A program made the position numbers and the translations under genes. Below the pieces are notes generated by a model. The model was not told where the DNA came from. It saw only the letters and a list, made by a program, of their open reading frames with translations, and ran no database searches. A DNA stretch of 64,000 nucleotides, taken from the IMG/VR virus record IMGVR_UViG_3300042256_000013, positions 307,105 to 371,104 of that record; one strand, given 5' to 3'. Source of the DNA: a virus. Its lineage: Duplodnaviria > Heunggongvirae > Uroviricota > Caudoviricetes. This document shows positions 52,539 to 64,000 of the stretch, piece by piece; the first letter of the stretch is position 1, and each line of letters opens with the position of its first letter.

Positions 52539-55500
52539 TTATTCAGCTTCGTTAAGCTTAGTATATTCTGCTTGACATAGGTTAAGCATACTAATCAGTA
52601 CTACCTCTAATGCAGGATAAGTACCACCTTCAGGTGATTCATCTTTAACTACCTTCTGTAAGTCACCAATCTGATGACCCCACATATATGAATCAACATG
52701 GATTCCGCAAAAAGCAATTTCATCTTCAACTTCTAAGCTGAATGATAGTACTTTTTCGTTTTTATTCCAGATTGATACAATCTTATCTTTTATTGCTGAT
52801 TCCCATTCATCAGAACCTAACTCAATTCCAGAAGTTAGAATGTCTGCTACGAATTTAATTATTGGGGTATTTTCAAAATCGTCCATATGTTACCTTGTAA
52901 AGTTAAAATGTCTCGCCTGATATTTGCATCATTTGCCAACACAAAGCACCCATTAGTTTTAAACCAGATGTGTGTTCTTCTTTGTTTTCCATAATGTCTT
53001 TATCATCATTCATGAAGAAGTAAAATGTTGTCATCACTGCATTGTACTGTAAAGAAGTACCATTATACTGTACCTTGTCAGTTTCTTTTGCTACAATAGA
53101 ATTAAAGCATAAATCAATAAAATTAGTTTCGCGTTCAAGAATATTAGTAACTTCTTTGAACAAATAATTCTTTTCATATGAAATATACTTACGCAATTCA
53201 TCTAGTACTTGAGAATAGAAATTATCAGGACATGTATATATAAAAGGTTCTTCTTGTTGAACACGTTCTGGATAATAATTGAAGAAATGATCCTTCTCAT
53301 TTCCATTTACACCAACAGCCCCAACACGAATGATAGAACCACTAGACCATGTTGCCTTGTAAGCATTGTACGGAGAATTACCAAAACCAATCTTAAGTGT
53401 TTCTAAGTTATATGTACAGTACGAGTACTCTTCTACGCATAATGCTTCAAGCTGAAACATTGCTGTATCTTCTACATTAATGAGTATTTCACGTGTGTAG
53501 TATAAATTTTGAGCGTACTGAGATTCACGATTAAGTTTCCTGGCTAGGCCAGTTTTTAATCGTTCAAATGAAACAATATTAGGTACTTTATAGTTGTTAT
53601 GTGATGAACCTGTTTGCCGCTTATGTCCTGGACTACCAGAAACCTTATAGTCTCCCTCATCATGATATGAAAGGAAAAATCTTAAAAACATTAATCAATC
53701 TCTTCTAAAGTTACGTTACCTTCAGCATCAATAATGCTCCTGTACTTACTTCCAGTACAGTTATCGTCCATTAGTTTTTGAAGTATTAAATGACGACGAA
53801 CTGCTTCTTCGTATTTTCCAGTAACTTGACGGTCTTCTGAAGGGGTTAATTGCGGAATATGAATATTATAATCAAACTTAGAACCACGAAGTTGAACAGA
53901 ACGTTCAAGTTTTCCTAAGTTTGTTTCACCAAAACTACGTTTGAATGATTTGCGATTTTCATCAATGAATCTCAGTACTGAACCATAAGGAAGAATACTA
54001 ACCGTTTCATTGTTTCCAGTTAATGTGTAAGAACGATTCCAATAAGAACGAAGTTTATATCTATGTTCAAGGTTTCTTATACCTTCAACTATACCTTCAA
54101 GTTCTACACATGGAATGTAATCATTTGGTATACGACTATTAAATGTAGTCGTCTCTTCACCAGTACTGAAAAGATAACCAGTATTTGGAAGTACTAAGTA
54201 CGCTTCATTGATTGTATTGCATAGTACATCGTTTAGATATATGGAACAATTATTTCTGAACTCAGTAATCAATGGATGTAATAGTTGTTCGTACCAATGT
54301 TCATATTTCTGATCTCGGTACTTATCATTAAACAAATCTTCATAAGTTAAGATCCCAAGTATTTTGGGATCTATTCCATTAGCAATGTTTATAATTTCAA
54401 GGTACGTTGAATCTTGATAATTAATATAATCTTTAATTTTCATTAATCATCATTCTCAATACGTTTACGAGCATTTTGAATACTTGTGTTCAATACCATA
54501 ATTGAACCAGCAGGCCATGCAACTAATGCAACTAATGTCCATAATAATGTTGGCAACGTAGTCATAAAAATAACTTCTGTCCAATCATCTTCATCGAACC
54601 ACATCCAATATTGAGTACCGAAATATGTTTTAATTTTTGTTGGACGAACTTTTTTGGCAGTATAAAGCTGACGAATATATTCAAATGATGCACGTAAATG
54701 TGAACCAAATATATACAGAGCACCCAATAAACCAATACCTAAGTAAAAAATAATGAAATAAAGCATCATGATATAGATCCTTATAAAGAAAAAGGGGCAC
54801 AATGCCCCCTTCTATTAATGGTTAGTACTGTAAGCGTAAGCTGGACGTAGAAGTTCTTGTGGATTGATTTCAGGTTTAAGTACTGTAACTTTTACTTGAT
54901 AATCTTCACCAGTAAGAGGATGCTTGTGAGTCTCGAAGTATACACCTTCAATGTAAGTTTCATAGTCTTCTTGAGAACGAGAAATTACTGAAGCTGCGAA
55001 CTTTTTACGACTTTCAGTTTTCATAGTAACACTGACGATTTCAACATCTTCTTCAGCGTTGTATTCGGTTTCAACATCTTCTGAATCATCATATAGTACT
55101 TTACGCACTTTTGGTTCTTCAAAGTTTTCGAACATGTTGAATTTGTCATTTCCGTTTGACATAATAATCTTCCTTGTGTTTTGTTTTATTCGGTTCCGTA
55201 TTCAGTAATTGCATCTTTAAGCATCTGAATACGTTTTTCAACTTCAGTGCGACCCACAATTTCTGGTACATCTTCGTTCAACTGTTTACATGCTTCCACC
55301 AGGAATTCGTAATCAGTTTCACAGTTTTCATGAGCTTGCGATAGGGCTTTCCAGTCGTTCGAGATGTTCTCATTTTCATCTTTATAATGAGGCCACAACT
55401 TACCGTACTGCTCTACCGATTTACCATACAGTACTCGTACTGCATTAAAAATTTGACCAATGGTGAAGTGCTTAGTACGGGTAAGATCTTCTACGCAACA

Positions 55501-55952
55501 AAGCATATCAGTACCATCTTTCCTGATTAGTACAACTCCCGTAATAGCCTTTAAGTATCCTGCATGTGATGTGTTCATTTTATAACCCTCTCGTTTAGGT
55601 GTGTACATTATAGCACAAAAAATTATTCTGTTTCATCTTTCTGATCAGAATCAGAAGTACTTAACATTTTATGCCATTCTTTGAAATTTGTCAACTGCAA
55701 ATAGAAATTATCTTCATCTTCGTCATCCATTACATGTGCTAACCCGAATAGGTACTTCGCTGCATTACTCTCATCCATTTGTACAGATGAATTGAAAATT
55801 CTTTCAATAGCAGATTTGTAATTTGGTGCATCCGAAATGTATATAGTACTACCATCATAGTACTGAACTTCTTCTGCATTTCTCGGTATTCCACGCTTAC
55901 CTAACCAAATAAACTTTGGTTTATCATGAACGAATTTTAATTTACGCTTCAT
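52539..55952 (-). CDS. Seven hypothetical genes (52539..52886, 52903..53691, 53691..54443, 54443..54802, 54815..55162, 55186..55608, 55623..55952)
   Basis: Abutting ORFs; terminator 54787-54812; promoter 55606-55621. Confidence 0.6.
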
Positions 55953-56067
55953 ATTTTATTGTGTTCTTGGTAATTTTTTCCCTAATATAAGTGGTGAATC
56001 AGGAGAACCATTGAATATATGATCCAGATGTTCCGTAAGTGAATGTGCTTTAAAGTCCAACAAAATA

Positions 56068-56247
56068 TTAACCCTTAGAAACGTCAAAGGACGCATAGTA
56101 GCGTCCTTTGTGTTTAGTTTTTCCATTCTTCGAATCTTTTTTACGATCAACATGCGTCGCAGCTTTGTTGAAAGTGTTCATATGCTTCGCGACGAAGTTC
56201 TGAACATCAGGTACTTCAGAAGTACTTTTCTTCTTGGACTTAGCCAT
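56068..56247 (-). CDS. Small basic protein, ArfA-like (59 aa; absent from ORF track)
   Basis: SD GGAG; MAKSKKKSTSEVPDVQNFVAKHMNTFNKAATHVDRKKDSKNGKTKHKGRYYASFDVSKG. Confidence 0.55.
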   Translation of the reverse strand: MAKSKKKSTSEVPDVQNFVAKHMNTFNKAATHVDRKKDSKNGKTKHKGRYYASFDVSKG

Positions 56248-56250
56248 TTC

Positions 56251-56727
56251 TTACTCCAGGTATGGGTTTTTGTGTGTTAAACTTTCTATGTCTTCAGCAG
56301 TAATCATAACATGAGGTTCACCCTCAGTAAAGAGAAAATCGTGATAACTCTCACGTACTGCAAAATTATCCATGACATAGCCTTTAGACAAGAACATAAG
56401 AATATGTTTATCATCAGGTTTAGTATAAGTATTTCTAAGCTTTTCCACTTCTGATTGTGGAGTCTTATCTTTATTGTTTCGCATTACACATTCGTTGAAT
56501 TCTGTATTCATCGTCATGGGTGTTGCCATAATCCATTTATCAGTACTGTTAATCGTAACAGCAAAGCAGTTGCACATTGGATTATTGAAAAATTCGTACA
56601 TTGTCGAACTACATAAGAAAAGGCATTGAATAATGTCCTTGATGTTAAACATAATCTCATGTACTTCAAAGGCTTCGTTAGTGATCACATCATCAATCGG
56701 CCCATTCTCTTTATGAATAATATTCAT
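56251..56727 (-). CDS. Late-expressed hypothetical protein
   Basis: TATAAATA at 56778-56785; SD GGGAG. Confidence 0.6.
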   Translation of the reverse strand: MNIIHKENGPIDDVITNEAFEVHEIMFNIKDIIQCLFLCSSTMYEFFNNPMCNCFAVTINSTDKWIMATPMTMNTEFNECVMRNNKDKTPQSEVEKLRNTYTKPDDKHILMFLSKGYVMDNFAVRESYHDFLFTEGEPHVMITAEDIESLTHKNPYLE

Positions 56728-56807
56728 GTGTCCACTCCCTTGAACTCTTTTAATGCACCGCATCGGTGCTCTAAAAGTATTTATACTCGTCCTTGAGTAC
56801 TGATTTG

Positions 56808-59800
56808 TTATGACGTGGTTAATTTCCGCAAGAATTCTTCATGAACTCTACGGCACATCGTAATCGTTTCTTGCATTGTATCATAGTCGAACTGTACTGG
56901 CAAGCCAAAAACAGCACCATTGTTCGTAAATGCAGAAGGGAGATCTTCTAACGTAAAGGAACCTTCAAAGAGATTAGTACTCAATTCTGTTCCCGCCTGA
57001 ACGAAGAAAAATTCAGGACTGTAACGTATGATAAGATTTTTCTTGTCAATACCTATGTTACATAAATCTTGTAAAGTCTGAGTGCGTACTTTTAACTTGT
57101 ACACATTCTTACGAACTTCCTGAACATCCAAAGAATATCCTTCACCTATGTAAAAGTTATTCCTAGGAGAAAGTTCTAATCCATTAATGTTACTCAAAAC
57201 ATCTTGAATAATAAAATTGATTGGATCAATGTTCTCAATTATGTTCAGCATTTTGTTCTTCCAATTTCTGTACTAATTTTCTATATTCTTCAACATGTGG
57301 TTCACCAAGAATATAATCCATACTAATAGTTATTTCAACATATTGTCCTTCCCACATAAGTTTTAATACTTCCTGTACTGCTATAAAATATTCTTCAGGT
57401 GGCAAATCCACTTGAGTCATTTTTTGGAAGTACCAAGCTTCATCATGCTCTAAGTCATCATTGAGTTTATAATCATTACATCCAAGTACTTTCATACCTT
57501 TATTCATCGGTGAAAATGAAAAAGTATCTTCATTAACAAAATTACCTAAATTTATGTTTTGAAAATGTAATTCTGCTGTACGATGTAATGTCTGAAAACC
57601 CTTAGTTGATTTCATGAAGAACTGAATACAATAATCTTTTATATATCGAACTAAGAAATTTCCACAATCACTATAAACATCATAATAACCAACTACATTA
57701 TCTCTAGGATTCTCTAAAAAGAACTTCTCTGCTCTTTTTAAAAGTGGTAACATTTCTTGAGCAAGAAATAGTTCTTTTAAAAAGAGATCTGGATTGCCGG
57801 GGCTACTGACCTGATGTATTTTTTTTAATATTTCATGATCAATTTGTGCTGTTACTTCAGCATCAATTTGTGCTTGCAATTCTGCAATAAAGTCATCATC
57901 ACTAGTAATAATGTCCTTGATAGCCTTCGAAAGTAAATTGTCCATTTAGTATGTCTTCTGCTACGTCCATATGCATCGTGCTATGGTCTAAAATTTTAAT
58001 ATTGTTAGTTTTGAAAAGGCAGTACGATGGCATTATATCAGGTTCATATTGATTGATATATTTAATAGAATCATAATGCACATTTTCCCTGAGAAGTAAA
58101 TTATGTAATGTACGCCATCCTTCATCTGAACCTTCATCAAAAGATTCATAGGGGGCAGTACTGATTAATTCGCACTGGTGAATGTGTATATGATCAATAT
58201 CATGACCTTTTTCACGACCCTCATATAACTTACGTAGAGCACATTCAATCGCACTCTGGTATCCACCACAATGTAAACCACCATAAGGAATATAGAATTC
58301 ATCAATCTTTACAGTACCAGCATGAAATACAATCATATTACTCTGAACCCTTCAAGTGTTTTTAAATTGAATAATTCAAACTCGACGTTAATTATAATAT
58401 CTTCACGTAATAAATTAGGTAGAAGATGCTTATAATAGAAATTAACTTCTTGTTGAAATAACTCGTACTCAATAATGTTCTGTACTGTTAATTGCTGGAA
58501 GAAATATTCTTCTCCGTACTCATCAAAAGTTTCTTCTGCGTTAGAATGGTGCAGTACTGGAATGTATCTTTTATTCCAATCCTTTTGATGATCTCCAACA
58601 ACTAAACACAAATCATCATTATATCTCCCATTGTACCACGAAAACGAATCGTTTGACAAGATAAATTCTGTCCAAAACGCGGAATCCCTGTCCATCGTAC
58701 TAATCTCAAAGACTGCCGATTCTGAATTAGATTCATCATATACAGAGAAATATCCTGACCGCATAGTTATATTTTGACCAGTACCACGAAAATTATTGAA
58801 CTCGAATTTATAATTTTCTTCTGTACCAAGATTTGAATAACGTTCTTCCATTTTTAAATATAAATTGTATACGTGTTGAATCATGTAAAACGTTTTATCA
58901 GTACTAAATTCTTCTCTAATCATATATACCAATGACTGTATGTGTATGGATAATCAGTGCTGTCTTTGTGTAATTTCATTAATTCGGAATGCTTAACTAA
59001 CATATTCAATGTATTATTATGCAAGTACTTTCTAACAAAACCAACATATCCAGTACTATGAATTAAACACAAATAATAATAATAAAACAAATCTTCATCA
59101 TCGAATAATGTTTGTAACTGGAAATCAAAAGCTTCATCAAATTCAGTTATTCTACACAATTGTTTTCTAAATTTTCTATGATTGTAATTTAATCCTGAAC
59201 CATCAAATTTATAAAATGCATTTGGGTCATATGGAAAAGTTGTACCATCCAAAAATAATATAAAACTATTATAACCTTTAGTTTTTTGAATTTGATTAGT
59301 ATAAAATCTGCACGATTTAATAGAAATAGAAGACTTAGTTAACCTTTCAATACAATCATTTTTATTCTCTAAAATAATTGCAATCTTATCTACTAAAAAT
59401 TTAGCTTTATTGAATACTTCTAAACTCATAATCCTGCTGTTCTTCTTATTGCGAATTCGCCCATCTTAAGGTCATTCTGTATTTTTTTCATTGCAGTACT
59501 ATCATTTAAAACAGTACTAAATTTATTAATGCCATCAGACCCAGGTTCAGTTATTAATTGCAGAACACATTGATGGTCTTTCTTAATGTCCACGAAGTAC
59601 TGATACAAATCTTCTGAACTTAAATCGAATAATGTTAAATTCTGGAAGTACTGTTCTTCTGGAATAGGATACTGAAGTACTTTATTCCTATCACGGTCTT
59701 CTACCCATATCTTATCAGTATTTTGTACTTTACCAAAATTGATTGCAGAACTTTCTGCGTCGCCCAAGAATTGACAACAATCCCAATTATCAGGCTCGAA

Positions 59801-62800
59801 GTCCATACTGTATTCGAACACAAAGTCCTTTCCGATTATCTTTAATTGTACCCAATATGTAGTACAAACTAATCTATAAGACAAATCTCCGCTTGAACCA
59901 CCCATATCACTTGTGTGAAATGATCCCTTCTTTACACTATCCAGTACTAACTTATCTACAATACCAACAAGTACAGATTGTTCTTCATGGAACTTCTTAA
60001 GTAAATCACAATTCCTCATACTATCCATGTACCTCTTTATATTCTTCTTTAAGTGCTACTTCTAATAAATTAATCATTTCATCATCCATCCGACGAATAA
60101 CTATACCCTTTAAATGCCATGACTTCAATGCACAAAATAGATAGTACTGAAATAAATCAGTATCATCAAAAACTGTTTGACACTGGAAATCCCATGCTTC
60201 ATCAAATTCATTCATAGGAATTAAACGTTTAGTCATTTTATTCTTTGAACAAAAGTAATCTCTATCAGTCAGTACTATATATGAGTTGTCAATATTGAAG
60301 TTTGTATTAGCCTGAGCGGGAACCTCATCACGAGTAAGAACCAATATGTTTCTGGATTCTTCATCATAATCTTTCTTAATATGAAGCTTAGAGTGTTGTA
60401 CTGATAATATTGCGTACTTCTCAAAATCCATTATCCCTTTTTCTGGCAATCCGTCCATGTACTGATGAAGTACAAAGATCTTCAATGCCATCTCTTTAGC
60501 TTTTTCAAATACTTCTATACTCATGCTGCCCTCGCATCGTTCCCGCCGCCCACTTTATATTGATAATAATTTTGAGAAGCGGAAATTTTTATTGATTATT
60601 TTTTGTACACGTTTTTTAAGGTGAAGACTTATTTATCATCTCCAATTTCGCTATACATTCCCTTTCAAGCCACTTGCCCCATTCTTCATCACGAGCATCA
60701 ATGCGGTCTTTCTCAACCTGAATCAGCCCATCGAGAACTTCCTGTACTGATTGTACCATATTTTCTTTGCTCGTTTCATCTATTTGTTCTTCTGCTATCC
60801 ATCCTGCATTGAACGAATAAGCAATAAAATTATCAATACCTTCCATCACATATGCACCTGTACTCATGAATAAATCCATATCTGATTCTAACGGTACTGG
60901 AAACCTCGTTAACTCCTGAAACACTTGTTCCTCTTGTAATGGGTATTCTAATTTACATTGGTTGGCTGTTGATAATAATCCCATAGAATGATTTATTAAC
61001 AATGTAGTACTGTTCTTTCTGTACGTACTGAATCCTATGCTTGTACAATCTGAATTTAATCTAAAATGTGATGTACGCAAATTAGCTACTGGTTTACCTG
61101 TATTGTAGAAAAATGTACAAGAGAATAATTCTTTATCTGGACGAACATAAACAGTGAATGTCATCCTGTCATATAATGATCTTACTAACCGGCACCGGAG
61201 AGTTTCATTCTCAAAAGTTAACACATCTGTCTGTACTGTCTCAAATGATTTCATCAGGATTTTCAATACGTCTTTGAAAGCATTTTGTACGTACAGGTTC
61301 TTAAACGTTGTTCTTTCTGGATTCAATTTCATCTCCTACGATTTGTATTAATTCTAATAGTTCTTCTGGACTCAATAAGTCCAGTACTCGATAATCTAAC
61401 TTCATAGTACTTCGAAATCCTTTCTGCTCCTTTTCTTCTGCAATTAAATTTAGTTGATGTATCTGTAATGCAATCAACTGCGTTTGAACTTCATTCATTG
61501 TGTACAATGTTAAATTCTGAAAGATTATCGGATCAATTATATCAGGTTCAAGACTTGTATCAACCGATAACGCAGGATATGTCTGAGCCATCATATCTAA
61601 CCTATCAGTACTGGCACGTCGAATACCACTAGGAGGCCAGTAAGTCCAGAGGGAAGGAAAAATAGCTCGTACATCATCCCATATCTCAGGATGAAATGGT
61701 TCTACACTAGAACCGAAATACAAAAATTCAGGATACATTTCGAACTGAATATCACGAAATGCAATGTAAGCTATACTCGGATTTGCAGCGATGTAATAAC
61801 TTTTAGATGTACTTAGTGTACCCTGAAGTTGAGTAAATCCTAATCCTTCATCTGATTTGTACATGTAATACAGTTCATCCAGTAATTTCATTAACTGTAT
61901 TACTTCATCCAGCTTTTGCGGCTTCATGCTCTAATCCTATTGCAGTACTAAAATATAAATCAAGTAATCCCTTTTCACGTTCAGGGTCTATTCCAACAAA
62001 CGGTACTATGTTCATGATGTACTTCTGAATACCAACATCCTCATTGATAAGAACCTGATTCAGTAGTATTGCCGTTAAATCATTCATGTTATATTTCGTC
62101 ATTAACATGAACTCCATAACTTCTAATTCATCTGGATCATTCTCATGAAGCATCTCAAAGATTTTAGTAGGAGTGTTCGTCTTTGCGAAGTGATAAGGAT
62201 TAGAAGACTTAGGAAATACATTCAAAGAACGACCATTGTAATTACTGAATTGATCTGTTTGTTCTTCATGAGTACTCAATCGTACTAATAACTCTGAACT
62301 CCCTTTATATAACCTCTGACCCTGAAAAACAACTTCAGCGTCATTATAATTCGTATAAAGAGTACAAGTTACATTAGAACCAAACGCAGGAATAAACTGA
62401 GTAGTACTGTAATTGAACATAGCAGGATAGTCAGCTTCATATAATTTCTGAATCCTTGGAAACAATTTTAAGTACTGCTCCCTGAAATGAGAAATTATTG
62501 AATAATGAAAATTAATCGTCTTTAACATCATGTTCTCCATCTAAGTAAGGTACTAACAATTGAAGTACTTTTTGAACATCTAAATCGTAATCTTTCAGTA
62601 CCATTCCAATTGATATTGCTGGATGATCATTTTTATAAAGTACGTTAATCATCTTCTCATACTGTTCATCCCATAGTGCATAATCTTCTTCAGGCAATGT
62701 TTCCTGTACTGTCATACGCTGAAAGAAATATTCTTCAGGGAAAGGAAAGGCAATGAAAGTATGCTGCTGACCGTTCTTAGCATTCGTAGGATCATACAGT

Positions 62801-63117
62801 GCGTAGTACCTTGGATGATCTTCTTTCCAGAACGCAATACGCATTCCATCAGTGTTAAGATCGAAAGTACTTAAGTATTGAGAACTCGTATTAAAGGAGA
62901 TACTGAATACAACATCTTCTTCCCATGTACCTAAGTAATAGAGTTTAAGAATGTATTGGTACTCGTTAAATGCACCATCAGTCCATCGTGCTACTGAAGC
63001 ACCGTACTCTCCATTTAAAGAGATGTAACGTTTATCTTGAGTTGGCATCTTAGGAACCAAGTGCTCCCACGTTCCTAAGAACATTTCTTTTAGTTTTTCG
63101 TACTTCTTGTAATCCAT
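56808..63117 (-). CDS. Tandem array of 10 divergent proteins sharing an ExxxFQxxT motif (56808, 57235, 58333, 58920, 59426, 60021, 60616, 61301, 61905, 62512)
   Basis: Motif read directly in the translations; see findings. Confidence 0.75.
57902..58336 (-). CDS. ADP-ribosyltransferase-fold protein (ART-PolyVal-like)
   Basis: VFHAGT...F...GLHCG...A...YDSIKYINQYE...SYCLF...NIKI pattern. Confidence 0.55.
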   Translation of the reverse strand: MIVFHAGTVKIDEFYIPYGGLHCGGYQSAIECALRKLYEGREKGHDIDHIHIHQCELISTAPYESFDEGSDEGWRTLHNLLLRENVHYDSIKYINQYEPDIMPSYCLFKTNNIKILDHSTMHMDVAEDILNGQFTFEGYQGHYY

Positions 63118-63722
63118 TATTCGATGTATCCTAAATTTATGGATCGTTCAATTAGTTGCTGAACAATACCTTCGTATGAGATTAAATCAATAGGTGCTTC
63201 AGGGTGTTTACCGTAAATCATGAAAGTACGGTACTTCTCATTCTGTAAGTACTGAATACTCTCGTGTACCTTAGATTCCATGTTAGGTGTATTAGTACAG
63301 GAATAGTATTCAGTACCCTGGAGTACTATCATACCCTGACCAACGAATGAAGAACCTTCCAGTACTTCAAGAGTACAATCATTTCGCAACATACCAATAC
63401 GAACGTGCGGGTTAAAGTGGTCGCCGATTGTGATTGCAGAAGAATTACCCCCTACATCATATTTCACGGTAAGACCCATAGTACCACCAAGTTCTAAAAG
63501 AGTATGTTCGACCTGATCACTAAAAATACAAGTTCGACCACCCTGAAGTTTACCTTCGATGCTTAGAACTAACTGAATCAGTACTTCCGAGATTTTGAGG
63601 AACCGCGTGTAGTAATCTTCGCCGAGGTCTACAATTGATATACCACTATGTGCATTTCGTTTAATCATGTTAAGGCGACGATTCCACTCAACGTTCGCCA
63701 TTTCGTTTGCAGTACTTTCCAT
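63117..63722 (-). CDS. Hypothetical protein heading the array
   Basis: SD AAGGA; motif not evident. Confidence 0.6.
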   Translation of the reverse strand: MESTANEMANVEWNRRLNMIKRNAHSGISIVDLGEDYYTRFLKISEVLIQLVLSIEGKLQGGRTCIFSDQVEHTLLELGGTMGLTVKYDVGGNSSAITIGDHFNPHVRIGMLRNDCTLEVLEGSSFVGQGMIVLQGTEYYSCTNTPNMESKVHESIQYLQNEKYRTFMIYGKHPEAPIDLISYEGIVQQLIERSINLGYIE

Positions 63723-64000
63723 TGTGTTTCCTTAATGTAGAATTAATTGTACAGGGAATACTTATACCCCGATTATAAGGCCGCTAAGCATTACTGGCCT
63801 TTAGTAAGCAAAAAATTTTTGCATAGTCCAAATATATTATATACAGAAAAGTCAACCAATACCTTATACAATTTAAAAGTCAAGTACTTTTATTCTGCAT
63901 AAAGTATTTTTCGGACTAATCTTAAAGTACTTAAATCCTTCGTGTAACGCTCTATGAGCGGCGTACAGTACAGCCTGACCCGCCATACTCTACCTCATAG

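Noticed and set aside
4153-61351. Numerous short plus-strand ORFs in the track (all except 28161..29066)
   Set aside because: They are antisense shadows of well-supported minus-strand genes and lack SD or promoter support.
63723-64000. Non-coding end of the window with short hairpins and TTGACT boxes
   Set aside because: Promoter spacing is unconvincing and the region is cut by the window edge, so it cannot be interpreted.

Overview
64 kb from an AT-rich (roughly one-third GC) lytic jumbo myophage, most likely infecting an enterobacterium. By gene content it resembles RaK2/GAP32/CBB-type phages; this is an inference and no search was run. Nearly all genes are on the minus strand and densely packed. 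From left to right: three paralogous tail-fibre-like genes; anaerobic RNR (nrdD/nrdG); TyrRS, GroES, MazG-like proteins and PhoH; an NAD/cyclic-nucleotide cluster (NUDT16-like Nudix fusion, Sir2, Acb1-like 2H phosphoesterase, NadV and NatV); an Ig-domain virion protein, dCMP deaminase, ClpP, DNA ligase and phosphatases; a GIY-YIG homing endonuclease next to PNK and RNA ligase; NTase, HD hydrolase, HxGH transferase and Dam-type MTase; a ~700-bp structured non-coding region; and a tandem array of divergent ~150-240 aa proteins. Signals not explained by gene annotation: (1) a covarying two-hairpin leader placed identically before both NAD-salvage genes; (2) a ~430-nt multi-stem plus-strand RNA candidate facing a convergent promoter; (3) strong enrichment of the palindrome AGTACT, absent from the homing endonuclease; (4) a shared ExxxFQxxT motif in 10 neighbouring proteins; (5) a promoter-driven ~135-nt RNA with a terminator/antiterminator arrangement; (6) an unannotated ArfA-like ORF. 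No tRNA, rRNA, CRISPR array, integrase or reverse transcriptase was recognised.
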